Below are positions 1 to 9,351 of a DNA stretch of 64,000 nucleotides, one piece after another. The notes beneath the pieces were generated by a model. It worked only from the letters and a program-made list of their open reading frames with translations, made no database searches and was not told where the DNA came from. The stretch is from a virus. Taxonomy: Duplodnaviria; Caudoviricetes. How positions within the stretch are numbered: position 1 is the first letter of the stretch; each line of letters opens with the position of its first letter. The stretch covers positions 32,979 to 96,978 of the IMG/VR virus record IMGVR_UViG_2788500332_000006; one strand, written 5' to 3'. The position numbers were made by a program, and so were the translations under genes.

Positions 1-212
1 AGTCGCTGGATGAGCTGCTTGCCGAGGGCCGCGCCGGTCGTGAGGCTGCCGAAAAATTCGCCCCTGGCTACACGGAGGTCATTTCCGTCCGCGCCTACGA
101 CAAGGCTGCCTTTCACGCCGATCCGTTCGGCTGCCCGGCTCTTTTCGAGGCCGCGACCCTGTGACCTTGGGGCTGGCTTCGGCCCGCTGCTGGTGCATCA
201 GAGGGAAACACC

Positions 213-542
213 ATGACCAAGATCAAGATCGTCTGCAGCAAGTGCGGCGGGGATACCATCCTCCGCGATGCCTACGCCTATTGGGACGTTGAGGCGCAAG
301 AGTGGGCGCTGTCCAGCGTCTACGATGCTTTCCTCTGTTCAAGCTGCGGCCACGACGCATGCGACGAGGTACCGGCCGACGATGATAACGAGGCCTTTAG
401 CCCAGAACAGACCGCGCGTGAATATGGCTGGCTGCCTGATCCGTCCAGCACAACGCCTGGCGCGGTCTACAAGCGCGACCATGGCGAGACGTTTACCGCC
501 TCCAGTTGGGCAGAAGCATGCGGCCTCGAATGCATCCGCTGA
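213..542 (+). CDS. Phage hypothetical protein with CxxC pairs (possible Zn ribbon)
   Basis: CSKC and CSSC motifs; GAGGG RBS upstream. Confidence 0.7.
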   Translation: MTKIKIVCSKCGGDTILRDAYAYWDVEAQEWALSSVYDAFLCSSCGHDACDEVPADDDNEAFSPEQTAREYGWLPDPSSTTPGAVYKRDHGETFTASSWAEACGLECIR

Positions 543-548
543 CACGGC

Positions 549-566
549 GGCCGGCTTCGGCCGGCC
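549..566 (+). other. Stable hairpin GGCCGGC-TTCG-GCCGGCC (cUUCGg tetraloop)
   Basis: Perfect 7-bp stem just after the stop at 542; no strong U-tract. Confidence 0.5.
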
Positions 567-592
567 CCCTTCACCGCGCCGGAGAGATTGGG

Positions 593-832
593 ATGCCTAA
601 GAAACAAATCAGCCAAGAAGCTGCGCAGCTGATGCTCTCCACCCTACAGCGCATCCACGCAGTAGCGGTGTCCTTCGCGAACGATCCAAAAATCGAAAAC
701 CGCTCAGTGTGGCAGGCCTGTGCTGCCGAGGCAGCCGACGCCATCCATGCGGCGAGAGCTACTACCACACAGCGCCACCACACCGCGCGCCGGAGAGTCC
801 GACGCGCCGCCAAGGAGAATGATGATGGGTGA
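593..832 (+). CDS. Hypothetical protein
   Basis: ATG 593 after GGAGA; start re-picked within ORF 506..832. Confidence 0.55.
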   Translation: MPKKQISQEAAQLMLSTLQRIHAVAVSFANDPKIENRSVWQACAAEAADAIHAARATTTQRHHTARRRVRRAAKENDDG

Positions 833-1043
833 CGAAAAACGATACCAGATCGCCGTTGGTGATGAAATCTATCGAGATGTGGTTAGGGCGCCGGATCGAG
901 AACCGGGCGATTTTCTAACGCGATCCGAGGCCGCTCAGCGAATTGTTGATGAGATGAACGGGGTGATCGAGATCGCCCGCATCACCCGTCGTCGCGCCAT
1001 GCGGATCCTACGCGCCGAGACCAAAAAGAACAGCATCGCCTGA
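825..1043 (+). CDS. Hypothetical protein
   Basis: AAGGAG RBS; overlaps the upstream stop. Confidence 0.6.
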   Translation: MGDEKRYQIAVGDEIYRDVVRAPDREPGDFLTRSEAAQRIVDEMNGVIEIARITRRRAMRILRAETKKNSIA

Positions 1044-1130
1044 TGCTCCGGCCCGCCGACCGATGAGGCCGGCGACCCCGAGCGCCAATGCTCGATCACC
1101 CCGCAATTATGCACCAAGGAGACCACCCCG

Positions 1131-1484
1131 ATGCGCCTTCCAGCGCTCGCGGCTTCTGCCGCCTTTCTCGCCCTCGCCGCCACCGTGCCGGCCCACGCCG
1201 ACAGCTTCACGCTCGCCACGATCTACGAAGATGCGTTTTTTGAGGGCGCACCGCTGTCGATCGACAACGCGGCGGCGATCGTCGCCACGGGCATGCCGGA
1301 ACGCGCCTGCGTCCAGGCATCCCGCCTCGCCAACACCTATGGCGGGTTCACCGCCTGCATCCCCGTGCCGGACGGCATGACGCCCGAGTGCGCCAGAGCC
1401 CAAGCGGCTCCGACCGACAGCAACCTCGAGTCCTGCTACGGCCCGGCGCTGCTCGCCGGCATGCGCGACGAATCCGAGAGGTGA
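1131..1484 (+). CDS. Putative secreted Cys-containing protein
   Basis: Signal-like N-terminus MRLPALAASAAFLALAATVPAHA; four Cys; leader motif upstream. Confidence 0.7.
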   Translation: MRLPALAASAAFLALAATVPAHADSFTLATIYEDAFFEGAPLSIDNAAAIVATGMPERACVQASRLANTYGGFTACIPVPDGMTPECARAQAAPTDSNLESCYGPALLAGMRDESER

Positions 1485-1744
1485 TCTCCCCTCACGTCTG
1501 GTCGCGCATCAACAAAAAATGGATCGGCCTGTCTGGAAGAAAAGACGCCGCGGTGCGCGACACCCCCGACCCTCGCGGCCTGTTCATCTGGTCCTACGGA
1601 AACATCGCCGGCGCCGAGACAACTATTCAGCGCGCCAAGGATTGGGTGGAAGCCCTCGCGGAGCACGAGGACATCCCGCCCGTCGACCGCTGGATCGACC
1701 CTTCCCGGTATCTCCGAGAGACCTACGGCAACCGGCCGCGCTGA
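1481..1744 (+). CDS. Hypothetical protein
   Basis: GTGA start/stop overlap with the upstream gene. Confidence 0.55.
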   Translation: MISPHVWSRINKKWIGLSGRKDAAVRDTPDPRGLFIWSYGNIAGAETTIQRAKDWVEALAEHEDIPPVDRWIDPSRYLRETYGNRPR

Positions 1745-1853
1745 ACATGGCGACGGCAGCTGTTCCCTGCATACCCGTGCCTTCGCCCCAAGCCCGGCCG
1801 CCCTCCTCCCGGTGGCCGGGCTCCCCGCACTCATGCGAACATGGAGACCTTCA

Positions 1854-2231
1854 ATGACCAACCAGCAGGGCGACACCCCGCGCCTCATCCCCAATGCTGT
1901 TTACATCAGCCTCTTCCACGGCCGCGACACAGTCGAGGAGGAGATGGAGGATTGGGGATACCAAGGGCCGATCATCGGCCCGTTCCGCTATGTGCAGATC
2001 ACCTACATGGGCGACATCAAGTTCGCCATGGAGAAGGACGCGTTCAAGGCCGCCTTCCCCGACATCTACCAGAGCTGGGTGAGCGCCGGCTACTGCAACG
2101 CCGCAGGCGATTACGACATCAGCACCGGCGTGACGTGGATCGAGCACAGCATTCAGCCCACCGACGGCCTGTTCCCTTGGAAAGGCAAGTTTTACGGCGA
2201 CTTCTCCGTCATCTCGTCTCCGGAGCGCTGA
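1854..2231 (+). CDS. Hypothetical protein
   Basis: Leader motif and GGAGA RBS at 1823-1847; globular composition. Confidence 0.75.
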   Translation: MTNQQGDTPRLIPNAVYISLFHGRDTVEEEMEDWGYQGPIIGPFRYVQITYMGDIKFAMEKDAFKAAFPDIYQSWVSAGYCNAAGDYDISTGVTWIEHSIQPTDGLFPWKGKFYGDFSVISSPER

Positions 2232-2233
2232 CC

Positions 2234-2515
2234 ATGACCGCCCAACATAGCAAAGGGCCGTGGAAGCATCGGCCTATCTGCTCATCAGAAGGCGAGCTCA
2301 TCCGCGACGAGATCGTGAACGAAGATGGCGAGATCATCGTCGATGACGTGCGCCGGCCGGAAGACGCGCCGGTGATCGCCACCGCGCCGGAGATGCTGGA
2401 GGCGCTGAGGGCTCTCGTTGATTACGGGATCAACCTCAGAGGGAAGAGTCGGAGCTACGCCATCCTCCTGATGCGTGGCTTCGATGCCATCGCCAAAGCG
2501 GAGGGGCACCAATGA
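2234..2515 (+). CDS. Phage hypothetical protein (H-x-x-GPW ... IATAPEMLEAL type)
   Basis: Motif pair common in small early phage proteins. Confidence 0.7.
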   Translation: MTAQHSKGPWKHRPICSSEGELIRDEIVNEDGEIIVDDVRRPEDAPVIATAPEMLEALRALVDYGINLRGKSRSYAILLMRGFDAIAKAEGHQ

Positions 2516-2709
2516 CCCGAAAGCGCATCACCCTAGCCGTCACCGTCACCATTCCTGAATGGATGACGAAGCGGCTGGCCGGCCGCGAGGTGCGAACCCT
2601 CATAAACGAGCAATGCAACTGGCTGTCGGGCGGCCCCTACGGTGAGCAAGTCGACGAGACAACCGTTCGCGCAGTAGCCGTGAAGCCGATGAAGAAGGAA
2701 GGACGGTGA
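2512..2709 (+). CDS. Hypothetical protein
   Basis: ATGA coupling, GGAGG RBS. Confidence 0.65.
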   Translation: MTRKRITLAVTVTIPEWMTKRLAGREVRTLINEQCNWLSGGPYGEQVDETTVRAVAVKPMKKEGR

Positions 2710-2711
2710 CC

Positions 2712-3119
2712 ATGGACTACACGGCAGCAGCGGCCCGCTACGCGGCATCCCCGCAGTCGGCCTGCCCGATCCCCCAGTATGTGGAAGCCGTCTGGCAGGA
2801 GACATGGGGCCATCTTCAGCCGAAGGTTTGTGAGGTCTATTCGGGCTTCGTATTGTTCGGGTTCGGCATCCATGGCGACCACCTGCTGATCGATTGGGAC
2901 TTCAAGCTGCCTGACGGCACGGAGCTCGACGGCAGCCCATGGCTCTTCGAGGACATGAGCGATCAGGTGTCGGACTGGATCGATCAGAAGGGTCACCGCA
3001 GCGGCGGCATCTGGCAGTTCGACGGCACGTTTGAGCGCTTGAAGAATGGCAAGAGCCGGTGGCGGGGCAAAGTTCGCCCGATGCGTGCTGTCTATCGCTT
3101 CAAGGGGAAGCGGCCATGA
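2712..3119 (+). CDS. Hypothetical protein
   Basis: Coupled ORF, aromatic-rich globular sequence. Confidence 0.7.
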   Translation: MDYTAAAARYAASPQSACPIPQYVEAVWQETWGHLQPKVCEVYSGFVLFGFGIHGDHLLIDWDFKLPDGTELDGSPWLFEDMSDQVSDWIDQKGHRSGGIWQFDGTFERLKNGKSRWRGKVRPMRAVYRFKGKRP

Positions 3120-3269
3120 GCGCAACGAAGAAAGCCCGCTCCAAACGCAAGGTGAAGCGGGCCGGCGCCAAGGCGCTGAGGTCCGCCAATCCCCCGAACA
3201 CTTACCCCCGGCGGGATGGCGCGACGGCGCCGGCCACAGACCCCGCCTTCGAAACCAAGGGAGCCGATC

Positions 3270-3752
3270 ATGCAGATCTTCACCGCCATTCTTGAGAGCT
3301 GGACCGTTCCGGGCCAACACGTCCAGTCCTTCGTCAAGCGCGAGGCCGCCGAAGCGTGGCTACGCGAGCAGTTCGCCGAATATCTACTTTCAGACCTACA
3401 GGAAGAACTGGAAGACGAGGATAGCGGGGTCAATGAAATCGACGAATGGTCTCCTGGTGCGGTGGAGCGCGTACTCAACGGCACCGGCAATATGGTCGAC
3501 TATGAGGAGGTCATCGAGTCCGTCAACCTCACAAAGTCCTGGAGCGGCTCGCTCACTATCCTCGAAAGTGAACTCGACATCTCCGCTGAGATCGCGGCCG
3601 AACGCGAGCGCATTGCCGCCTGCCTCGACGAGGAGGCCGGCCTTATCCCATGCACCGAAGACGCCATGGTCACCCGGAGCGACGCCCGGCTCGTGCGGGC
3701 GGATTTCAGCTACGAGGAAGCCGATCGATTGGCGGAAGCGGAGGAGCATTGA
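3270..3752 (+). CDS. Acidic hypothetical protein
   Basis: GGGAG RBS, ATG 3270. Confidence 0.7.
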   Translation: MQIFTAILESWTVPGQHVQSFVKREAAEAWLREQFAEYLLSDLQEELEDEDSGVNEIDEWSPGAVERVLNGTGNMVDYEEVIESVNLTKSWSGSLTILESELDISAEIAAERERIAACLDEEAGLIPCTEDAMVTRSDARLVRADFSYEEADRLAEAEEH

Positions 3753-3754
3753 CC

Positions 3755-3940
3755 ATGTCCGAGAAAGACCACGTCGACCGCGACGATCTGATGGAGCGCA
3801 CACGGGCGGCCGTTGCCTTCTGCAACACGACAAATGATCCCGGCGCGGACATGGTGGCCTTCATGGCCATCTTCCATCCCGAGGTCTCGGAAGATCGGGT
3901 CAGGCGAATGGCCCAGGCAGCGCGGGAGAACAAGCGATGA
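3755..3940 (+). CDS. Hypothetical protein
   Basis: GGAGGAG RBS, coupled. Confidence 0.65.
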   Translation: MSEKDHVDRDDLMERTRAAVAFCNTTNDPGADMVAFMAIFHPEVSEDRVRRMAQAARENKR

Positions 3941-4224
3941 CCCTCGACGAAAAGCGCCATCTGATCAAGAAGGCCTTCGATTATCGCTCGGGCGTCGATA
4001 GCTGCGGCAGCGTCTACATGGGCAGCATGGCGAAGGCCGAGCTGTTCCGCCGCCTCGGCGGCAGTTTCGTTCGCGACAGCCTCGATGCTCTCCTGACCAA
4101 GGCGGACGATGCTCATTTGAGCAGCGCCCTCGCCTACTGCTCCGAAATTCTCGCCTACGCCGAGAAGCACCCCGTTCAAATCTGCCCCTGCTGTGGGCAG
4201 ATCATTCCGGGGAAGCCCTCATGA
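3937..4224 (+). CDS. Hypothetical protein with C-terminal CPCCG
   Basis: ATGA coupling. Confidence 0.65.
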   Translation: MTLDEKRHLIKKAFDYRSGVDSCGSVYMGSMAKAELFRRLGGSFVRDSLDALLTKADDAHLSSALAYCSEILAYAEKHPVQICPCCGQIIPGKPS

Positions 4225-4436
4225 CCACGTTCACGATCTTCCAGACCGCCGAGACCCGCGAACGCTACACGGTCAACGCGGAGAGCTTCGAGGAAGCACT
4301 TCGCCTGCATTTCGACGGCTGCTCGACGTTCAAGGGAAACGAGACTCTGTCAACCGAAGATATCCAACTCGTCAACCTGGAGACCGGTGAGAGCAAGAGG
4401 GAGACCGACATCACCATCAGCGAAGAGGACGCCTGA
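4221..4436 (+). CDS. Hypothetical protein
   Basis: ATGA coupling. Confidence 0.65.
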   Translation: MTTFTIFQTAETRERYTVNAESFEEALRLHFDGCSTFKGNETLSTEDIQLVNLETGESKRETDITISEEDA

Positions 4437-4438
4437 TC

Positions 4439-4654
4439 ATGCCTAGCTGGATCATCCGCCTGTCCAACTGGTTCGCCGGCTGGCGCTACGATATCGACGG
4501 CTGGCTTGTTCGCGCCCGGCGCAATGCCGATCCGGACTGGGAAACCGTCCTTTCCCACCGCTCTGATCTCGGCTTTGTCGAGGAAGCCTGCATCGCCGTG
4601 CGCACGCCGGAAATCGCCTATGAGATCGACCGCGGGCGCCTGCCCCCGGCCTGA
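4439..4654 (+). CDS. Hypothetical protein
   Basis: GAGGA RBS; last gene of the run. Confidence 0.6.
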   Translation: MPSWIIRLSNWFAGWRYDIDGWLVRARRNADPDWETVLSHRSDLGFVEEACIAVRTPEIAYEIDRGRLPPA

Positions 4655-4938
4655 CGCGACACCCTGCCCGCCCGCTGGACGGGCAGTAGCCGCTTCAGGA
4701 GAGGCGGGCCGCACCCCCCAACATCCATCCCCCACAGAGACTGAGGCGAGCCCATCGGGAGCGCGGCGGCGGCGCACAACGTGTGTCTGCATCGTAGGGC
4801 ACTGCGTGTCTCTGCAACACAGGAGAAAGCCATGGGCCGGGCCTGAAAGCCGGCGCCAATACCATCGGCGGGATTCAGCCGTAACCGCCCGCCCACGCAA
4901 ACGGGGACGGCAACCACCCCTCGACCAAGGACACCAGC

Positions 4939-5325
4939 ATGAACAAGAAATCTCCGGCGCAGGCCGATATCACCATCGGGCAGAACATCCGCCGTACTCG
5001 CCTGCTCAAGGGAATGTCCCAGGAAGCGCTTGGCGAAGCGGTCGGCATCACCTTCCAGCAGATCCAGAAATACGAGAAGGGCACCAACCGGATAGGCGGC
5101 TCGCGCATGGTTCAGATCGCCCAGGCCTTGGGCGTCTCGGTGATCGAGCTTTACGACGGCGCCGAACTCGGCAGTTCCCCGGCGGGCGCCAGCAACGCAT
5201 CGGCCATCACCGCACAGAACCGGCAGGAGGTCGAGTTGCTGTCGGCGTTTCGCCGCCTCAACCCGGCCGTCCGCTCCAAGGTGCTCGGCTTGGCCGCGCA
5301 AGTGGCTGAGACGGCCGCTGCCTGA
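4939..5325 (+). CDS. XRE-family HTH transcriptional regulator
   Basis: IGQNIRRTRLLKGMSQEALGEAVGITFQQIQKYEKGTNRI is a canonical alphaproteobacterial XRE HTH. Confidence 0.92.
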   Translation: MNKKSPAQADITIGQNIRRTRLLKGMSQEALGEAVGITFQQIQKYEKGTNRIGGSRMVQIAQALGVSVIELYDGAELGSSPAGASNASAITAQNRQEVELLSAFRRLNPAVRSKVLGLAAQVAETAAA

Positions 5326-5454
5326 CCACGATCGGACGGCCGCCTGCCCCTCCGCTGGCGGGAGAAAGTCGAGATCGCGGCGCGCATTGCTTGCCTTCTC
5401 TCCACGCAACCCACCGTGTAGGCTAATGGTCCCGCACCTCATCAAAGGATAGAC

Positions 5455-5604
5455 ATGCAGATCCGGCCACTGCTGTTGTTCGTGGCAATCATCGAACTCA
5501 TCGCAGCCCTCATCCTTCACCGCATGGGGCTTGCCTACGTCGAGCTGATCATCGGCGCCGCGATCACATTCATTCTGGCGGAATTGATGCGCCCGACCCG
5601 GTAG
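5455..5604 (+). CDS. 49-aa two-TM membrane protein (below the ORF-track cutoff)
   Basis: Hand translation MQIRPLLLFVAIIELIAALILHRMGLAYVELIIGAAITFILAELMRPTR; AAGGA RBS. Confidence 0.65.
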   Translation: MQIRPLLLFVAIIELIAALILHRMGLAYVELIIGAAITFILAELMRPTR

Positions 5605-5610
5605 TCGAGT

Positions 5611-5628
5611 GGCCCGCTACGGCGGGCC
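5611..5628 (+). terminator. Hairpin GGCCCGC-TACG-GCGGGCC, possible terminator
   Basis: 7-bp stem with cUACGg loop, followed by a pyrimidine tract. Confidence 0.5.
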
Positions 5629-5675
5629 TCTCACTTTCCACCCCCCGCAATTATGCACCCATGGAGAGCAAAATC

Positions 5676-6581
5676 ATGAATGCCCTCACCCCGATTCTGT
5701 CCGCCTCCTCCACCCTCGCCACCCGCGCGATGATCGTCTCCTTGCGCATCTCGCAATGGTCCGGCCGGCGGCTCGACCGCGAGGTCACCAAGGAGGTGAA
5801 CGACCAGCACGGTGCCGCCTCGGACGCCGGCCGCTACAACAAGCTGCTGCTGCCGAAGGAAGCCCTCGAGGATATCGAGCGGATCGTCAGCGAAACCCGC
5901 AACGAATTCCTCAAGCGCACGCTGCCGTGGATGCAGGACGGTAGCCGCATTATGGCCGCCGACGCCTACCTCTCCCATATGGCCTGGCTCCGATCGCAGT
6001 CGGCAAAGTTCGACGCGGCCGTCGACCAGTTCATTGCCCAGTATCCCGGCTATGTCGCTGCCGCCGCTGCTCGCCTCAATGGCATGTTCAAGGCGGCTGA
6101 CTATCCCGAGGCGGAAGAGCTGCGCGCCAAGTTTGCGATGGAGTGCAAGGTTCTCCCGGTCCCGACCTCGGACGACTTCCGTGTCGCCATCTCCGACGCA
6201 CAGGCCGAGCGCATCCGCTCCGATATCGAACAGCAGGTCGGCGAGGCGACGCGCGCCGCCGTGCGCAACATCTTCGAGCGCATCGCCGAACTGGCGGAGC
6301 GCATGGTCAACCGCCTCAACGCCTACAAGCCCGCCACCAAGCCCGGCGAGCGGTCGGAAGGTGTCTTCCGGGACTCGCTGGTCGAGAACGTCCGCGACTT
6401 GATTGCCGTGCTGCCTGCGCTCGACATCACCGGCGATCCGCGCCTCGCCGACCTGGCGGAGCGGATGAAGGTGCTCGCCGAGCACGATGCCAGCGTGCTC
6501 CGCGAAGACGCCGGCAAGCGCCGCGACGTTGCCAACGAGGCGCAGGCCATCCTCGACCAGATCGGCGATTTCCTTGCGTGA
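5676..6581 (+). CDS. DUF3150-like protein
   Basis: IVSLRISQWSGRR ... NKLLLPKEAL ... FIAQYP ... LRAKF pattern; lies upstream of an AAA/VWA pair as is usual for this family; start after the GGAGA leader. Confidence 0.65.
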   Translation: MNALTPILSASSTLATRAMIVSLRISQWSGRRLDREVTKEVNDQHGAASDAGRYNKLLLPKEALEDIERIVSETRNEFLKRTLPWMQDGSRIMAADAYLSHMAWLRSQSAKFDAAVDQFIAQYPGYVAAAAARLNGMFKAADYPEAEELRAKFAMECKVLPVPTSDDFRVAISDAQAERIRSDIEQQVGEATRAAVRNIFERIAELAERMVNRLNAYKPATKPGERSEGVFRDSLVENVRDLIAVLPALDITGDPRLADLAERMKVLAEHDASVLREDAGKRRDVANEAQAILDQIGDFLA

Positions 6582-6594
6582 AGGAGGCGGGCCG

Positions 6595-7005
6595 GTGGCA
6601 ACGCCGCCCCGAACCACCGTGGCAACGTTCCTCCTCATCCCCGTCATCGGGGAGATACAGCCCTACTACGCCCCGCTGCTCGGCGTGGCGTTCAACTCCA
6701 TCTCGCAGGCGATCACCCGGTTCTTCGACGAGCCGTTCGAGCATGTGTTTGTCCTCTATGGCGGGCACCCGCGCGACATGTTCGTCGGCGAGACGTCGTC
6801 CATCAACGGGCGGCATATCCGCAATGTCAGGGCCACCGACATCTACCGCGCCAACTTTGTGCATTCCCAATACCATCACGTCTCTTGGATGCCCGGCGAA
6901 ATTCTGATGCCAGACTTCAGATACACCAGGCGGGAAATCCTTGAATCCGCGCCGGCGATCTGTGGCCCTGCCGTGCTGTTTCCCGATACCATCGTTTGGC
7001 GCTAA
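6595..7005 (+). CDS. Hypothetical protein (DUF3846-like)
   Basis: AAGGAGG RBS and GTG; EHVFVL..DMFVGE..RNVRATDIY..ICGPAVLF pattern. Confidence 0.55.
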   Translation: MATPPRTTVATFLLIPVIGEIQPYYAPLLGVAFNSISQAITRFFDEPFEHVFVLYGGHPRDMFVGETSSINGRHIRNVRATDIYRANFVHSQYHHVSWMPGEILMPDFRYTRREILESAPAICGPAVLFPDTIVWR

Positions 7006-7047
7006 CCCGCCTCACCCCCGCAAGTATGCGAACCATGGAGATCCATC

Positions 7048-8034
7048 ATGAACCTGCAGACCGCAGCGCAGGCGCTCAACGCCTTTCTCGACGCCGACAT
7101 CCCCGTCATGATGTGGGGCCCGCCCGGTGTCGGCAAGTCGTCCATCGGCAGGGACATCGTGGCCGAACGGAACTGGGGTCTGGTCGACTTCCGCGCCTCC
7201 ACCCGCGATCCGGTCGCCCTCATGGGCCTGCCCGACCTCACCGCCGACACCACCAAGTGGAAGGTTCCCGACGAGTTCCCGCAGCCCGACCGCGACGGTG
7301 CCGAAGGCATCCTGTTCCTCGACGAGATCAACGCCGCCGCGCCCTCGATGCAGGCCGCCATGTTCGGGCTGGTGCTCGATCGCCGCGTTGGCGATTACCA
7401 GCTCCCGCCGGGCTGGCGCGTCGTGGCCGCCGGCAACCGCCAGTCCGACCGTGCCGCCGCGCAGCGCATGCCGTCGGCGCTCGCAAACCGGTTCGCGCAC
7501 ATCGATGTCGACCCGGATGTCGACACTACCGTTCACCACTTCAACAAGATCGGAGTCGACCCGATCGTCGTCGCCTTCCTGCGCTGGCGGCCGGCCCTGT
7601 TGCTCGACATGAAGAATGATCAGCTCCGCGCGTTCCCGACGCCGCGGGCGTGGGAGCAGGTCGGCAAGGTCGTCCAGCAGCCGTCTCCGCTGCGGCTGGC
7701 TCTCATTGCCGGCGTCGTCGGCGACGGCGCCGCCGCCGAGCTCGAGGGCTTCATCCGCGTCTACCAAGGACTGCCGTCGCTCGATCTGGTGCTGAGCAAT
7801 CCGAGCGGCGCCAAGGTGCCCGAGGACTCGTCGGCGCGCTTCGCCATAAGCTCGGGCCTCGCCCGCAAGGTGACCGACAAGACCATCGGCAACGCCATGA
7901 TCTACATGCAGCGCCTGCCCCGAGAGTTCGAGATCCTGTTCATGACGGACGCCGTTCGGCGCGACAGCAAGCTCTCGCACACGCAGGCCTTCGTCGACTG
8001 GACGGTTCGGAATCAGGACGTGGTGTTCGGATGA
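7048..8034 (+). CDS. MoxR-type AAA+ ATPase
   Basis: Walker A GPPGVGKS, Walker B LFLDE, sensor VAAGN, ALANRF Arg finger, PTPRAW. Confidence 0.92.
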   Translation: MNLQTAAQALNAFLDADIPVMMWGPPGVGKSSIGRDIVAERNWGLVDFRASTRDPVALMGLPDLTADTTKWKVPDEFPQPDRDGAEGILFLDEINAAAPSMQAAMFGLVLDRRVGDYQLPPGWRVVAAGNRQSDRAAAQRMPSALANRFAHIDVDPDVDTTVHHFNKIGVDPIVVAFLRWRPALLLDMKNDQLRAFPTPRAWEQVGKVVQQPSPLRLALIAGVVGDGAAAELEGFIRVYQGLPSLDLVLSNPSGAKVPEDSSARFAISSGLARKVTDKTIGNAMIYMQRLPREFEILFMTDAVRRDSKLSHTQAFVDWTVRNQDVVFG

Positions 8035-8378
8035 GCGTCGCCATCGTTTGGATCGCCGGCCCGATCGGTTACGCAAAGACGCTTGTCGAGGGCGGCCAGT
8101 CATTCCGCTGGTCCTTCATCGCCGGCGACGGCCTCGGCTGTATCCGGCGGTACACCCTGGCATTCGAGACGAAGACCCGGGAGTTCCGGGTCATCGCGCC
8201 AGATCGCAACGGCTGGGAGCAGGCGCATGCCGACCTGCTAACCAACCTGTATCGGCCGATCTCCATCCTCCGGTCCGACCTGCCGAAAGGGAAGATCCTC
8301 GACGCCCTGCGCGGGATGCTCACCGATCGCGACCTTTCGATAGTGTCCGCGGCCTCCCTCCTGAGAGCAGCATCATGA
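8031..8378 (+). CDS. Array paralogue 1 (unknown family)
   Basis: IAGP, YTLAFETKTREF, LRGMLTDRDLSIVSAASL; ATGA overlap with the ATPase stop. Confidence 0.8.
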   Translation: MSVAIVWIAGPIGYAKTLVEGGQSFRWSFIAGDGLGCIRRYTLAFETKTREFRVIAPDRNGWEQAHADLLTNLYRPISILRSDLPKGKILDALRGMLTDRDLSIVSAASLLRAAS

Positions 8379-8710
8379 GACAAGTCATCGATATCGACCG
8401 GCGCGGATCATACCGAGGCTATTCGGCTCTCAACTTCGTCTTCGTCGTCACTTTCATCAACGGAGATTCCGCTGAATACGCGCTCCTTTACGATGCTGAG
8501 GAGCGAAATTTCCGTGCGGAAAAACAGGGCCACCGTCCCAAAGATCGAATCCGCTTGGCATGGTTGAAACGCCAGGGGAAGCAGCCCTTCACGATCAAGG
8601 TTCGGTTGGCAGACCACCTCAAGACCCTCCTGACTCGAGAGGAGATGGCAGCATGCGCGGCGATGTCTCTGGAGGGGCCAAAAAGGAATTCAAGATGGCC
8701 GAGATTCTGA
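8375..8710 (+). CDS. Array paralogue 2
   Basis: YALLYDAEERNF, LKTLLTREEMAACAAMSL; ATGA overlap. Confidence 0.8.
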   Translation: MRQVIDIDRRGSYRGYSALNFVFVVTFINGDSAEYALLYDAEERNFRAEKQGHRPKDRIRLAWLKRQGKQPFTIKVRLADHLKTLLTREEMAACAAMSLEGPKRNSRWPRF

Positions 8711-9006
8711 AAATCGAAGGGCCGGTCAGCCGCGAGGATGAATGGGGCTCGACCATCTTCGAGTTCCACGTCACCTACGAAAGCGGGCGTGTCCTCCGGT
8801 GGCTGCTGGAGTTCAGCCACAACAATCGGACGTTCTCAACCCGGCCAGCCGGTTCACCCGATCTCCCATCGGTCTTCCCCAAGATGCTGCTCGCCTTGGG
8901 CTATCGACCGATAGATATCCGGTCCGGCGGTCTTCGCAACCACTTGCGCAGCATGCTTTCCCCCGAGGACATCGCCATTTGCGCGCAGGCCTCGCTCAGG
9001 AGGTGA
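8695..9006 (+). CDS. Array paralogue 3
   Basis: IEGP, WLLEFSHNNRTF, LRSMLSPEDIAICAQASL. Confidence 0.8.
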   Translation: MAEILKIEGPVSREDEWGSTIFEFHVTYESGRVLRWLLEFSHNNRTFSTRPAGSPDLPSVFPKMLLALGYRPIDIRSGGLRNHLRSMLSPEDIAICAQASLRR

Positions 9007-9009
9007 ACC

Positions 9010-9351
9010 ATGCCGAGGATCAAAGCCGTCTGGGGGCCGAGAAAAACGGAGGAAGGTCGCGCCCGGATCACTTGGTGGTTCTCCGGCATGAAAGAGGATG
9101 GAGAACTTTGCGAGTGGAAGCTGGTCTACTTCGCCGACACCCGCCGGTTCACCTGTCGCCGCGTCATGTCCATGGTCGCAAAGGAACGGGCTGGAAAACT
9201 TGAGAGAAAGGATCTCTTCCGGATTCCGTCGGCCAACGGCGATGCGATCGAAGAGGGCTTCGTCACCGATATCCTGAAGAAGCGTCTCACCCCGGAGCAT
9301 TTGGCCAAATGCGCCAAACTCTCCCTGACTTATGGGAGGGCACATGGCTGA
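9010..9351 (+). CDS. Array paralogue 4
   Basis: VWGP, WKLVYFADTRRF, LKKRLTPEHLAKCAKLSL; AGGAGG RBS. Confidence 0.85.
   Translation: MPRIKAVWGPRKTEEGRARITWWFSGMKEDGELCEWKLVYFADTRRFTCRRVMSMVAKERAGKLERKDLFRIPSANGDAIEEGFVTDILKKRLTPEHLAKCAKLSLTYGRAHG

Noticed and set aside
44-135. Three GGCTGCC heptamers at the window start
   Set aside because: Short and GC-rich with context cut off by the window edge; cannot be told from chance.
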